Of a DNA stretch of 64,000 nt, positions 31,553 to 41,437 are shown one piece after another. Under the pieces are notes generated by a model that did no database searches, was not told the DNA's origin, and saw only the letters and a program-made list of their open reading frames with translations. Both the position numbers and the translations under genes were made by a program. The DNA comes from an uncultured Pelagibacteraceae bacterium (GTDB taxonomy: Bacteria; Pseudomonadota; Alphaproteobacteria; Pelagibacterales; Pelagibacteraceae). The DNA lies in the NCBI GenBank assembly GCA_902530715.1, contig CACABD010000001.1, positions 1,601 to 65,600 of the forward strand, written 5' to 3'. Positions within the stretch are counted from its first letter, which is position 1, and every line of letters starts with the position of its first letter.

Positions 31553-31570
31553 GAAGTCTAGTTCCGAACC

Positions 31571-31596
31571 GTTATAGTCGCATTTGCGTCTATAAC
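31571..31596 (-). terminator. Hairpin downstream of the nuclease gene
   Basis: GTTATAG-T-CGCA-TT-TGCG-T-CTATAAC inverted repeat; no clear U-tract. Confidence 0.4.
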
Positions 31597-31613
31597 AACT
31601 TTTATAATTAATT

Positions 31614-32867
31614 CTATTTGAATAAGTGTTTTATTAATGGTTTACATGCTAGGAAAGATTTCACTAAAACTTGGTCAGCATCTTTGCCATCTACTAGTGA
31701 GTGCTTATTAAAATAAAATCTACCACCAATTTGAAATTGTAAATTTGATTTTTTATTATTATTGATATCATAAACTAATTTTAACCATTCCTCTTGTTGT
31801 TTTTGGGTAGGTTTTAATTTTGAAGATATTTCTTTAAATGCTGTTCTTAAATCAACATCTAATCTAGCATCACGAATAGGTGGAGAACTTTGACTTGGAT
31901 ACCTCCTTTGAACTAAAATAATTTGAGGTTTAAACCCCTCACTTATTCCAAAATAATTATCATAATTTATAGCAATTTCATGAATTATGTTCCTAAAATT
32001 TTTCCATGAAAGACTATAGAAGTTTTTTTTTGTTTTACCTTTTATTCTATATGGAATAGTAAACGTCGCCTCTATAAATTTATCTGTCATTCCAACAGTT
32101 AAGTGTGGTTCATCTGTGAAATTCTTTTGTTTTACTCCAGTATCAAATGTTAAATAATCCCAAAGAACAACCTCCTTTTTAATACCACCTCTGCCTTTTG
32201 TGATGTCTACATTTAACTGATCTTTTAAACTATGATTTTCTTTTATTTTATTCATGAGAAGTTTTAATTGCCTCTTTCCCTCTCTGTATGAATAAGGATT
32301 ATCACTATCAAAATGAACACCAGTGAATTCTGTTATTGAACCTTCTTTTAAATATTCACTCTCTACCATATTATTTTCTAATACATTGAAGTAATCAATT
32401 AATTTTCTCGCCCACTCTGATCTTTTAATCTCTCTATATGCCCAACTATAGATTTGATTCCAAGTAATTTGTGTCCAATTATCTAATCTTACATTGGGTA
32501 ATAAATCAACTACTATACCGATTCCTTTAATATTGTTAAAACCTCTTCGTCTTATAGTTTTTTCATGTCTAATCAATTGATCTTTTGTAAGTGAAGAGGA
32601 AACTTTGCTCTCAATAATTAAGCATTGTTCTTGATTATAAATAACAGCATCTGGTAACCCTTTTTTTTCGTTATCTTCTTCTAAAGAACTAAATTCACCA
32701 GGTATTGTCTGCTGTTCAAGTAAAAGTTTAGAATTTTTATCAAAAAAATTTGGGTTAAAACTTTTGAGAAAACTATTTAATAAATGATTATCTTCATTCA
32801 AACAGGATACTAATGAGTGTGTTAGTTTATTTTCTGGTTGATTGTATTGATCAAATATATTTCTCAT
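31614..32867 (-). CDS. PD-(D/E)XK nuclease-superfamily protein, putative defence cargo
   Basis: QPENKLTHSL helix, GLPDAVIY...IIESKV, QLIRH, ITWNQI pattern in the N-terminal domain; unknown C-terminal domain. Confidence 0.65.
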   Translation of the reverse strand: MRNIFDQYNQPENKLTHSLVSCLNEDNHLLNSFLKSFNPNFFDKNSKLLLEQQTIPGEFSSLEEDNEKKGLPDAVIYNQEQCLIIESKVSSSLTKDQLIRHEKTIRRRGFNNIKGIGIVVDLLPNVRLDNWTQITWNQIYSWAYREIKRSEWARKLIDYFNVLENNMVESEYLKEGSITEFTGVHFDSDNPYSYREGKRQLKLLMNKIKENHSLKDQLNVDITKGRGGIKKEVVLWDYLTFDTGVKQKNFTDEPHLTVGMTDKFIEATFTIPYRIKGKTKKNFYSLSWKNFRNIIHEIAINYDNYFGISEGFKPQIILVQRRYPSQSSPPIRDARLDVDLRTAFKEISSKLKPTQKQQEEWLKLVYDINNNKKSNLQFQIGGRFYFNKHSLVDGKDADQVLVKSFLACKPLIKHLFK

Positions 32868-32881
32868 AAATTAAATAATTT

Positions 32882-32911
32882 ATTATAGAAATACACGAAG
32901 TTGAAAGTCAA
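32882..32911 (-). promoter_or_regulatory. Sigma70 promoter of the nuclease gene with an arm repeat in its spacer
   Basis: Minus strand TTGACT-N18-TATAAT; spacer contains the repeat copy at 32892-32902. Confidence 0.6.
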
Positions 32912-32960
32912 GAAATCGACAAAATGAGCAAAACACTACACGAAGTTTTACACGAAGTTT
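32892..32960 (+). repeat. Right array of arm-type repeats (1 + 2 copies)
   Basis: TACACGAAGTT 32892-32902; TACACGAAGTTT 32937-32948 and 32949-32960. Confidence 0.9.
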
Positions 32961-33020
32961 TTGAAAAAGTGTTATATTCTGTATATTATTAATCAAGGGA
33001 CGAGAAACAGAACGCCCCTT

Positions 33021-33614
33021 TTAATCTAGTTGAGATTCTACAAATTCCCAATTTATTAATTTCTCGTAGAAATTTTCTAAATACTCAGGTCTTCTATTTT
33101 TGTAATCTACGTAATAAGAATGTTCCCAAACATCACAACCTAAAATAGGCTTCATATTTTGAATTAAAGTATTTTCAGCATTAGGTGTTTTGCTAACTAC
33201 TAATTTACCGTTGCTGATTGATAACCAACACCATCCAGAACCGAATTGAGTAATACCAGCATGAATAAATTGTTTTTTAAATTCATCTGTGCTTCCAAAA
33301 TCTGCTTCAATTCTTTTTTTTAATTTTTCAGGCATCGTACCCCCACCATTTGGTTTCATACATTTCCAGAACATGATGTGGTTCCAGTGTTGGCTAGCGT
33401 TATTAAAAATACCTGCTTTGGATTTATCTTTAGAAGAGCTAGTAATAATTTCCTCCAATGACATTTTAGACATATCAGTATCTTTGATAAAATTATTTAA
33501 ATTAGTTATGTATGTTTGGTGATGTTTGCCATGATGAAGATCAAGAGTTTCCTCAGACATTATTGGAGCAAGTGCAGATTTTGAGTAATCTAATTTTGGT
33601 AATTCAAAAGTCAT
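33021..33614 (-). CDS. sodB: Fe-type superoxide dismutase
   Basis: HHGKHHQTY, NNASQHWNH, FGSGW, DVWEHSYY. Confidence 0.92.
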   Translation of the reverse strand: MTFELPKLDYSKSALAPIMSEETLDLHHGKHHQTYITNLNNFIKDTDMSKMSLEEIITSSSKDKSKAGIFNNASQHWNHIMFWKCMKPNGGGTMPEKLKKRIEADFGSTDEFKKQFIHAGITQFGSGWCWLSISNGKLVVSKTPNAENTLIQNMKPILGCDVWEHSYYVDYKNRRPEYLENFYEKLINWEFVESQLD

Positions 33615-33673
33615 AACAAAGCATATAATTTTTTAATAAATATTTAAATAACTATTATGACGCTTATATAAAA

Positions 33674-34459
33674 TTAGGTAATATTTTTTGGGTCTGGCAT
33701 ACCAACTTTATTATAACCAGCATCAACATAGTGTATTTCACCAGTAACGCCACCAGCCATGTCACTTAATAGATATAAAGCAGAATTTCCTACATCAAGA
33801 TTATCAACATTTCTTTTTAAAAAAGAATGATCAGCATTCCATTTGTATAAAAATTTTGCATCTCCGATTGCTGATGCTGCTAATGTTTTAATGGGTCCTG
33901 CACTAATCGCATTAACTCTAATACCCTTTGAACCTAAGTCTCTTGCAAGATATTTAACACTTGCTTCAAGAGCAGCTTTACATACTCCCATCACATTATA
34001 ATTTGGAATAGCTTTGTTAGCTTCGTAACTTAAGGTAATCATGCTCCCACCTTGTTTCATAGTTTTAGATGCCTCTTTTGCAACTTCTGTAAATGAGAAA
34101 CAAGAAATTAACATACTTCTTAAAAAGTTTTCTCTAGTTGTATTCAAATATTCACCTGATAATTCAGCTTTATCTGAAAATGCAATTGCATGAACTACAA
34201 AATCTATTTCACCCCATTTAGATTTTATATCTTCAAATAATTTTTTTACTTCGTCTTTTTTTTCAACATCACAGCTAAAAGTAAGATTTGAATTTAATTT
34301 TTCTGCTAGAGGAATGACTCTTTTCTTCAATGCATCACCTAAATAAGTAAATGATAACTCTGCTCCTGCTTCAGCAAGTTTTTGAGAAATGCCCCAGGCA
34401 ATCGATCGCTCGTTAGCAACACCCATGATCAATCCTTTTTTACCTTTCATCAAACTCAT
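33674..34459 (-). CDS. fabI: Enoyl-ACP reductase
   Basis: GVANERSIAWGI, YNVMGVCKAALE, SAGPIKTLA. Confidence 0.96.
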   Translation of the reverse strand: MSLMKGKKGLIMGVANERSIAWGISQKLAEAGAELSFTYLGDALKKRVIPLAEKLNSNLTFSCDVEKKDEVKKLFEDIKSKWGEIDFVVHAIAFSDKAELSGEYLNTTRENFLRSMLISCFSFTEVAKEASKTMKQGGSMITLSYEANKAIPNYNVMGVCKAALEASVKYLARDLGSKGIRVNAISAGPIKTLAASAIGDAKFLYKWNADHSFLKRNVDNLDVGNSALYLLSDMAGGVTGEIHYVDAGYNKVGMPDPKNIT

Positions 34460-35673
34460 TATTGAACCTTCTCAAATACCAAAGTGGCATTAGTACCACC
34501 AAAACCAAAGCTGTTAGACATCACAGAATTTAAATTAACATTTTTTTCAACTTTAGTTACTATTGAGTAATTTTTTGCCTCATCGTCCATATTCTGAATA
34601 TTTGCAGATGCAGCTATAAATTTATTTTTCATCATTATTAAACTATAAACTGCCTCATGAACTGAGGTTGCACCTAAAGAGTGGCCAGCCAAAGATTTTG
34701 TTGAACTAATTTTTGGTTTGTAATCTTTAAATGCCTCTCCTACTGCTTTTAATTCTGTTATATCTCCAACTGGAGTAGATGTTCCATGAGTATTTATATA
34801 ATCAATTTTATTTTTAGTTGTGCTTAATGCCATCTGCATACATCTTACAGCTCCTTCACCTGATGGAGCGACCATATCGTAACCATCTGATGTTGCTCCG
34901 TAACCAGTTAATTCTGCATAAATTTTCGCACCTCTTGCTTTTGCATGTTCATACTCCTCTAAAACCAAAACTCCCCCACCACCAGATATAACAAAACCAT
35001 CTCTAGTTTTGTCATAAGGTCTTGATGCTTTTTCAGGAGTATCATTATATTTAGAAGATAGAGCAGTCATTGCATCAAACATTGCTGTCATTGCAAAATG
35101 CACTTCATCACTTCCACCAGCAAAAATTATTTTTTGTTTTCCCAATTGAATTATTTCCATTGCATTACCAATACAGTGGCCACTTGTTGCACATGCCGAA
35201 CTTATTGTGTAATTAATTCCTTTAATTTTAAATGGCACAGCTAAGGTTGCTGATGCTGTACTGGACATCGTTCTCGGAACAATAAAAGGCCCCATCCGTT
35301 TAGGACTCTTTGCTCTAGTTTTGTCTGCTGCTAAAATAACATTTTCTATAGAAGGGCCGCCTGAACCCATAATCATACCAGTTGAAGTATTGCTTACATC
35401 TTTTTCCTCTAAGCCTGAGTCTTTAACTGCTTCTGCCATAGAAATGTAGTTATAAGCAGATCCTGGTCCCATAAATCTAATAAACTTTCTATCAACATGA
35501 TCCTCAAGATTAATATTTGGTTTACCATGCACATGGCTTTTTAAATTGTATTCTTTGTATTCTTCCGAAAAAGAAATTCCAGATTTTGAATTTAATAGTG
35601 ATTGATACACTTCTTCTTGATTGTTCCCTAAACAAGAAACAACTCCTATACCTGTCACAACAACTCTTTTCAT
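34459..35673 (-). CDS. fabB: Beta-ketoacyl-ACP synthase I
   Basis: [27 protein letters not shown]. Confidence 0.96.
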   Translation of the reverse strand: MKRVVVTGIGVVSCLGNNQEEVYQSLLNSKSGISFSEEYKEYNLKSHVHGKPNINLEDHVDRKFIRFMGPGSAYNYISMAEAVKDSGLEEKDVSNTSTGMIMGSGGPSIENVILAADKTRAKSPKRMGPFIVPRTMSSTASATLAVPFKIKGINYTISSACATSGHCIGNAMEIIQLGKQKIIFAGGSDEVHFAMTAMFDAMTALSSKYNDTPEKASRPYDKTRDGFVISGGGGVLVLEEYEHAKARGAKIYAELTGYGATSDGYDMVAPSGEGAVRCMQMALSTTKNKIDYINTHGTSTPVGDITELKAVGEAFKDYKPKISSTKSLAGHSLGATSVHEAVYSLIMMKNKFIAASANIQNMDDEAKNYSIVTKVEKNVNLNSVMSNSFGFGGTNATLVFEKVQ

Positions 35674-36173
35674 TATTTAAATAAACCTACTTTTAAATTT
35701 TCTGTCGAGTAAATTTTTTTACCATCTGCCAGTAAAATTCCGTTTGCTAAACCAACAGTGGTGCCTTCTTTTATAAGAACTCTTTTCATATTAATCTCAT
35801 AAACTGCTTTTTTGACATTTTTAAGAACTTCACCTGTAAACTTCACTGCGTTAACTCCTAGAGCTCTTCCTCTTCCAGGATTTCCTAACCATCCCAAATA
35901 AAATCCTACGAGCTGCCACATAGCATCTAATCCGAGGCACCCTGGCATAACAGGATCTTTTTTGAAATGACAGTCAAAAAACCATAGACTATCTTTTATA
36001 TCTAATTCAGCAACAATAAATCCTTTACCAAATTCACCTTTGTTTTCACTAATTTCAGTGATTCTATCAAACATCAACATTGGAGGCGCAGGTAATTTTG
36101 CGTTACCTGGACCAAAAAGATCACCGTTAGCACAACTGATTAAGTCGTTGTAAGTGTATGAGCTTTTTTTCAT
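35673..36173 (-). CDS. fabA: 3-hydroxyacyl-ACP dehydratase/isomerase
   Basis: [30 protein letters not shown]; ATG 36173 preferred. Confidence 0.96.
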   Translation of the reverse strand: MKKSSYTYNDLISCANGDLFGPGNAKLPAPPMLMFDRITEISENKGEFGKGFIVAELDIKDSLWFFDCHFKKDPVMPGCLGLDAMWQLVGFYLGWLGNPGRGRALGVNAVKFTGEVLKNVKKAVYEINMKRVLIKEGTTVGLANGILLADGKKIYSTENLKVGLFK

Positions 36174-36222
36174 TTTTCGTATCCTTAATACTTGATTTAA
36201 CAAAAATATAATATAGATTTAG

Positions 36223-36239
36223 TTTAGAATAGTTATAAA
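36223..36239. promoter_or_regulatory. Irr box (ICE) upstream of irr
   Basis: TTTAGAA-TAG-TTATAAA vs ICE TTTAGAA-N3-TTCTAAA, 1 mismatch. Confidence 0.65.
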
Positions 36240-36244
36240 TTACC

Positions 36245-36664
36245 ATGCTAAATAATAGCCAATATATTGAAAAATTAAGAAGTTCTGGCTTAAGACCAAC
36301 AAAACAAAGAATAAAAATTTGCGAAGTTCTGTTCAATACAGAAAAGACTTTTCATTTTACTATCAACGATTTAGTTAAAAGAATAGGTAAGTCAACAAAT
36401 GACAAAATTTCACTTGCAACTGTTTATAATACAGTTCATGCATTCAAAAATAAAGGTTACTTAAAAGAGATACCAATTAACTCTGATCAAAGTTATTTTG
36501 ATACCAATACGTCGCATCACCACCATTTCTATGATGAGACTCAAAAAGATTTAATTGATATAGATGATGCAGATGTTGAACCAGTTAAAATTAATACAAG
36601 AATTCCTGGAAAAAAAATTAAGTCAGTAGAAGTGCTTGTTAAAGTCGTAGACGACAAATCTTAA
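36245..36664 (+). CDS. irr: Iron response regulator (Fur family)
   Basis: GLRPTKQR, ISLATVYNT, YFDTNTSHHHHFYDE; divergent from fabA as in other alphaproteobacteria. Confidence 0.9.
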   Translation: MLNNSQYIEKLRSSGLRPTKQRIKICEVLFNTEKTFHFTINDLVKRIGKSTNDKISLATVYNTVHAFKNKGYLKEIPINSDQSYFDTNTSHHHHFYDETQKDLIDIDDADVEPVKINTRIPGKKIKSVEVLVKVVDDKS

Positions 36665-36676
36665 TTCAATTTCTAC

Positions 36677-36725
36677 ATTATAACAATTCTAAACTGTTGA
36701 CAAATTTGTTTAGAATTATTATAAA
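36677..36725 (+). promoter_or_regulatory. katG promoter with two ICE boxes
   Basis: TTGACA(36697)-N17-TATAAA(36720); ATTATAA-CAA-TTCTAAA 36677-36693; TTTAGAA-TTA-TTATAAA 36709-36725. Confidence 0.7.
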
Positions 36726-36742
36726 ATACAAATAGGAGATAC

Positions 36743-38977
36743 ATGAGTACAGAATTCAGAAATAAAGATTTTAAAAATAACGAATTAAGCAAGTGTCCAG
36801 TTACAGGAGCAGGAACAACTGCTAAGTTTTCAGCAGGTAGAGGACAATCAAACAGAGACTTTTGGCCGAATAGTTTGAATTTGAAGATATTAAGTCAGCA
36901 TTCTAACCTGACTAATCCAATGGATAAAAAATTTAATTATGCTAAAGAATTTAAGAAATTAAATTACAAAGCATTAAAGAGAGATTTAACAAAATTAATG
37001 ACAGACTCGCAAGAATGGTGGCCAGCAGACTATGGTCATTACGGACCTTTTTTTATTAGACTTGCTTGGCATGCAGCTGGTACTTATAGAACTGGCGATG
37101 GTAGGGGTGGAGCTGGAACAGGCAATCAAAGATTTGCACCATTGAATGCTTGGCCGGACAATGTCAATTTAGATAAAGCAAGATTATTACTTTGGCCGAT
37201 TAAACAAAAGTATGGAAAACAAATTTCATGGGCTGATTTATTTATTTTAGTTGGAAACGTTGCTTTAGAGTCAATGGGTTTTAAAACTTTTGGTTTTGGA
37301 GCTGGTAGAGTTGATATCTGGGAACCGGAGGATGATATTTACTGGGGATCTGAAAAGGAAATGTTAGGAGTTGAAAGATATAGTGGAAAAAGAGATCTAG
37401 AGCAACCTCTTGGCGCTTCACACATGGGATTGATTTATGTAAACCCTCAAGGCCCTGATGCAAATCCTGATCCTCTTTTAGCTGCTCATGACATTAGAGA
37501 AACGTTTGGAAGAATGGCAATGAATGATTATGAGACTGTTGCTTTAGTTGCTGGAGGTCATACATTTGGAAAATCACATGGAGCAGCATCTGAATCCCAT
37601 AAAGGTCCTGACCCAGAGGCATCAAGAATTCAAGATCAATCTACTGGTTGGAATAGTAATTATAAATCAGGAAAAGGTCTTGATACAATAAGCAGTGGTA
37701 TTGAAGGAGCATGGACACAGTCACCTATAAAATGGGATATGGGTTACTTTGATTGCTTATTTAATCATGAATGGGAATTAACAAAAAGTCCTGCAGGAGC
37801 TCATCAGTGGACACCAAAACAAAATGGCCAAAAAATTAAAATGGTCCCTGATGCTCATGATAAAAACAAAATGCATCCGCCAATGATGCAAACAACAGAT
37901 CTTTCACTAAGGATGGATCCAGCGTATGGACCAATATCTAAACATTTTTATAATAACCCAAAAGAGTTTGCGGATGCTTTTGCAAGAGCATGGTTTAAAT
38001 TAACTCACAGAGATATGGGTCCTAGAGCATGTTACTTGGGTAACGAGGTACCAAAAGAAGAATTAATATGGCAAGATCCAGTTAAAAAGCCAAGATATAA
38101 ATTAAAGAAAAGTGATATTAAAACTCTTAAATCTAAAATATCTAATTCTAAATTGTCTGTATCAGAATTAGTAAGCACAGCTTGGGCATCAGCTTCAACT
38201 TACAGAGGATCAGATAAAAGAGGCGGAGCTAATGGAGCTAGAGTTGTTTTAGAACCACAAATTAGTTGGGATGTTAATGATTCAAAACAGATTAATAAAG
38301 TTATCAAAACTCTAGAAAAAATTAAAAATAAATTCGATAATAAGAAAAAATCTGTTTCGTTAGCCGATTTAATAGTGCTTGGTGGAAACGTAGGTATTGA
38401 AATGGCAGCTAAAAAAGCAGGAGTAAGTGTTGATGTGCCTTTCTACCCAGGAAGAGGAGATGCTACACAAGAACAAACTGATATCCATTCATTTAATCTT
38501 TTAGAGCCACAAGCTGATGGATTTAGAAACTACAATAAAGATGAGACATCTACAGTTTCAGCTGAGGAAAAGTTAATAGACAAAGCACAATTAATGGGTT
38601 TAACAGCTCCAGAAATGGCAGTGCTAGTTGGAGGTATGAGAGTGTTAAATACTAATTTTGATCATTCAAAAAATGGTGTCTTTACTAAAAAGCCAGGGAC
38701 TTTAACAAACGACTATTTTGTTAATCTTTTAGATATGAATACTACTTGGAAAGAAACAGATAAATCTGAACAATTGTTTGTAGGAAAAGATAGAAGAACA
38801 AATAAAGTTAAGTGGCATGGTACTAGAGTGGACTTAATATTTGGTTCAAATTCACAATTAAGAGCACTAGCCGAGGTTTATGCATGCAACGATTCATCCA
38901 AAAAATTTGTTAACGATTTTATTACCGCATGGACAAAGGTTATGAATTCTGACAGATTTGACTTAAGTTTAAATTAA
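36743..38977 (+). CDS. katG: Catalase-peroxidase
   Basis: [40 protein letters not shown]. Confidence 0.98.
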   Translation: MSTEFRNKDFKNNELSKCPVTGAGTTAKFSAGRGQSNRDFWPNSLNLKILSQHSNLTNPMDKKFNYAKEFKKLNYKALKRDLTKLMTDSQEWWPADYGHYGPFFIRLAWHAAGTYRTGDGRGGAGTGNQRFAPLNAWPDNVNLDKARLLLWPIKQKYGKQISWADLFILVGNVALESMGFKTFGFGAGRVDIWEPEDDIYWGSEKEMLGVERYSGKRDLEQPLGASHMGLIYVNPQGPDANPDPLLAAHDIRETFGRMAMNDYETVALVAGGHTFGKSHGAASESHKGPDPEASRIQDQSTGWNSNYKSGKGLDTISSGIEGAWTQSPIKWDMGYFDCLFNHEWELTKSPAGAHQWTPKQNGQKIKMVPDAHDKNKMHPPMMQTTDLSLRMDPAYGPISKHFYNNPKEFADAFARAWFKLTHRDMGPRACYLGNEVPKEELIWQDPVKKPRYKLKKSDIKTLKSKISNSKLSVSELVSTAWASASTYRGSDKRGGANGARVVLEPQISWDVNDSKQINKVIKTLEKIKNKFDNKKKSVSLADLIVLGGNVGIEMAAKKAGVSVDVPFYPGRGDATQEQTDIHSFNLLEPQADGFRNYNKDETSTVSAEEKLIDKAQLMGLTAPEMAVLVGGMRVLNTNFDHSKNGVFTKKPGTLTNDYFVNLLDMNTTWKETDKSEQLFVGKDRRTNKVKWHGTRVDLIFGSNSQLRALAEVYACNDSSKKFVNDFITAWTKVMNSDRFDLSLN

Positions 38978-38981
38978 AATT

Positions 38982-39593
38982 ATGGAAATTGCACTTAATA
39001 AACCTAAAGTAAGCTTTGAAGACTTTTACGAAGTACCAAATTTAAAATTTGACATTGAAAGACTTAGAGCTGATTTAGACAAAATTCTCAAAGAAAAAAA
39101 ATTTAATTCACCAGGCGTAACACACTTCGGTGCAATTCCCCTAAACCAGATACCTAATGATGAGAATTCTATAAAAGGTAATAATATAAGAGGTAAATAC
39201 TGGACTATAGCAGACGAAACAGGAAAAGAAGTTTCAAGAGATATAGATATAGATGAGTCTAAATACACTAAACTTTTACCAGAATTTGAGAAAACATATT
39301 TTAAAGAAGTTTATGAAACTTTATGTAAAAAATTCAAATTAGGAAGAGTAAGATTATTATTAAAAGAACCGAGATCTACTTTAAGTTGGCATAAAGACCC
39401 AGAGTGCAGATTACATGTACCGATAATTACAAACCCTGGCTGTTCGATGGTAATAGAAAACGTTGCAAAACATTTACCAGCTGACGGAAAGGTTTGGATA
39501 ACGAATAACACTAAATACCATAATTTTTTTAATGGAGGGGAGCAAGCGAGAATACACTTAGTAGCGTGTGTATTAGACAGTCCATTTAAGTAA
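38982..39593 (+). CDS. Asp/Asn beta-hydroxylase-like 2OG-Fe(II) oxygenase
   Basis: GRVRLL, WHKD (HxD), RLHVPIITN, YHNFFNGG, RIHLV. Confidence 0.75.
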   Translation: MEIALNKPKVSFEDFYEVPNLKFDIERLRADLDKILKEKKFNSPGVTHFGAIPLNQIPNDENSIKGNNIRGKYWTIADETGKEVSRDIDIDESKYTKLLPEFEKTYFKEVYETLCKKFKLGRVRLLLKEPRSTLSWHKDPECRLHVPIITNPGCSMVIENVAKHLPADGKVWITNNTKYHNFFNGGEQARIHLVACVLDSPFK

Positions 39594-39832
39594 TGACCGA
39601 ATTAACAAAGGGTATATTTGAAGTAAGCAAAAACGTTTACAAGAATAACAAAGGTTCAATATTAAGAACAATAGTTTACACAATTGGTCATTTTGCAATT
39701 GCTATTACAGTATTGATGCTTGTGGCAGACGTATCTTTTGTGATTGCCCTGACAGATGCAATTGTTGAGCCAATAGCTAATTCAGTTTGGTATTTTGTGC
39801 TTGATAAATGGTGGGCAAGTAAGAGTAAGTAG
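39593..39832 (+). CDS. Small membrane protein (DUF2061-like)
   Basis: RTIVYTIGHFAIA...DAIVEPIANSVWYFVLDKWW; TAATG coupling to upstream gene. Confidence 0.65.
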   Translation: MTELTKGIFEVSKNVYKNNKGSILRTIVYTIGHFAIAITVLMLVADVSFVIALTDAIVEPIANSVWYFVLDKWWASKSK

Positions 39833-39834
39833 AT

Positions 39835-40278
39835 CTAGTTTCCCCACAAGTTTTCATTAATAACCCATCCTGTATAATCACCCGTTGCTACCTTTAGCCA
39901 ATTTTTTTTTCTTTTTTTGATTATTAATAATCTACCACTTTTGATAACGGCTATTGGACTTGAATATTTTGTAGAACTATTAAAAAGTATTTTTTCTTCG
40001 AGTGCAATCAATGATCCATTTTTTTTAAGTTGGGACCTATGAACCCATCCACCATTGTTTTTATAATCTAGAATTTTTCTAAAATTCTCTTTTTCATCAA
40101 TAACTTCAACAGGAAAATTTTTTTTTAAATAAACAAATTTAATTGGATAGTCTAATCCAGGCCCGTATCTTACATTTACCTTTTTATATTTTAAAGAAAG
40201 AAAATAATTTTCATCTGCATTAGTATGATTAAATAAAACCAATAACAGTAATACAAAAGATATTCTAAAAATTTTCAT
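39835..40278 (-). CDS. Secreted SH3-domain protein
   Basis: Signal peptide, VNVRYGPG, GWVHRSQL, GWVINENLWG. Confidence 0.8.
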   Translation of the reverse strand: MKIFRISFVLLLLVLFNHTNADENYFLSLKYKKVNVRYGPGLDYPIKFVYLKKNFPVEVIDEKENFRKILDYKNNGGWVHRSQLKKNGSLIALEEKILFNSSTKYSSPIAVIKSGRLLIIKKRKKNWLKVATGDYTGWVINENLWGN

Positions 40279-41000
40279 TTTATTAAATTACAAATTCTAA
40301 ATTCTAAATTTAATAAATTAATAATTAAAACTTTTCCATTTAAACACTTTCCGATATTTATAATATGTTTAATAGCTTCGTTAGCTTGAATATTGCCAAC
40401 TAATCCTGCGACTGTCCCGATTACTCCATCTTCTTCACAACTAGCTATATTGTCATCAGGTATACCTTGATAAAAAGATTCCAGGCAAGGTTTTGTTTTT
40501 TTTGAAAAGTTGAACCCAAAAATATGTCCATCAAATTTTCCTATTGCACCTGAAATAAAAACTTTTTTTAAAATTTTAGAAAATTTATTTATCAAAAATT
40601 TACTAGTAAAGTTATCGGTCCCATCTATTATTATATCAAAAGATTGTATTATTTTTTTTATATTAAAATCATCAATTTTTTTCTTAAAACTTTTTATTTT
40701 AACGTAAGAATTAACTTTTTTTATTCTTTGTTTTACTACGTCAACTTTGTATTTATTAATATCACTAGCAGTAAACATAGATTGTCTATGAATATTTGAT
40801 AAATTAACTTTATCATGATCAATTAAGCCTATTGTTCCAACCCCAGCTCTACTTAAGTATTCTGCTGCAGGACAACCTAATCCCCCAAGACCTACGATTA
40901 AAACTCTTGATTTCTTTAGCTTTTTTTGCCCACTTACCCCTATATCTTTGAGAATTATCTGCCTCGAATATCTCTCTATTTCATTATTTGTTAGTCTCAT
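40275..41000 (-). CDS. MoeB/ThiF-family adenylyltransferase
   Basis: RYSRQIIL, GLGGLGCP, SNIHRQ, DGTDN, CEEDGVIG. Confidence 0.9.
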   Translation of the reverse strand: MRLTNNEIERYSRQIILKDIGVSGQKKLKKSRVLIVGLGGLGCPAAEYLSRAGVGTIGLIDHDKVNLSNIHRQSMFTASDINKYKVDVVKQRIKKVNSYVKIKSFKKKIDDFNIKKIIQSFDIIIDGTDNFTSKFLINKFSKILKKVFISGAIGKFDGHIFGFNFSKKTKPCLESFYQGIPDDNIASCEEDGVIGTVAGLVGNIQANEAIKHIINIGKCLNGKVLIINLLNLEFRICNLIK

Positions 41001-41437
41001 TTTTTTCCCGTGGATCCGAAACCACCTTGACCTCTAACGGTATCAGGCAAATTATCAACTTCCTCAAATTCCATTTTAAGAATTGGAACTAAAATCATTT
41101 GAGCAATTCTATCACCATTATTAATTATGAAATTTTTTTTACCATGATTAAATAAAATAATTTTTAGTTCTCCTCTATAGTCACTATCTATAGTACCAGG
41201 AGAATTTAATACACCTATGCTTTCTTTTGCAGCCAAACCTGATCTAGGCCTTATTTGAATTTCCAATTCTTCAGGTATTGCAACTTGTAATCCTGTTGGA
41301 ATCAACTCAGAGCTGTTTGGTTTAATTATAACTTTTTTTTCTAAAAACGCAGACAAATCAACACCAGATGAACCATCTGTTTTATATTTTGGAGTAATTA
41401 CTTCTTTATTGGTCTTTTTAATTAATATTTTGACCAT
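40997..41437 (-). CDS. dut: dUTP diphosphatase
   Basis: RPRSGLA, GTIDSDYRGE, RGQGGFGSTG. Confidence 0.97.
   Translation of the reverse strand: MVKILIKKTNKEVITPKYKTDGSSGVDLSAFLEKKVIIKPNSSELIPTGLQVAIPEELEIQIRPRSGLAAKESIGVLNSPGTIDSDYRGELKIILFNHGKKNFIINNGDRIAQMILVPILKMEFEEVDNLPDTVRGQGGFGSTGKK

Larger units (their letters stand above)
31458..33021. mobile_element. Integrase-less att-flanked mini-island with a single nuclease-like cargo gene
   Basis: 16-bp direct repeat AACAGAACGCCCCTTT at 31458-31473 and 33006-33021; internal TACACGAAGTTT arrays near both ends. Confidence 0.75.

Noticed and set aside
31520-32960. TACACGAAGTTT repeats as a CRISPR array or plasmid iterons
   Set aside because: Repeats are only 11-12 bp, abut without spacers, and there is no cas or rep gene; their symmetric placement inside a direct repeat fits integrase arm sites better
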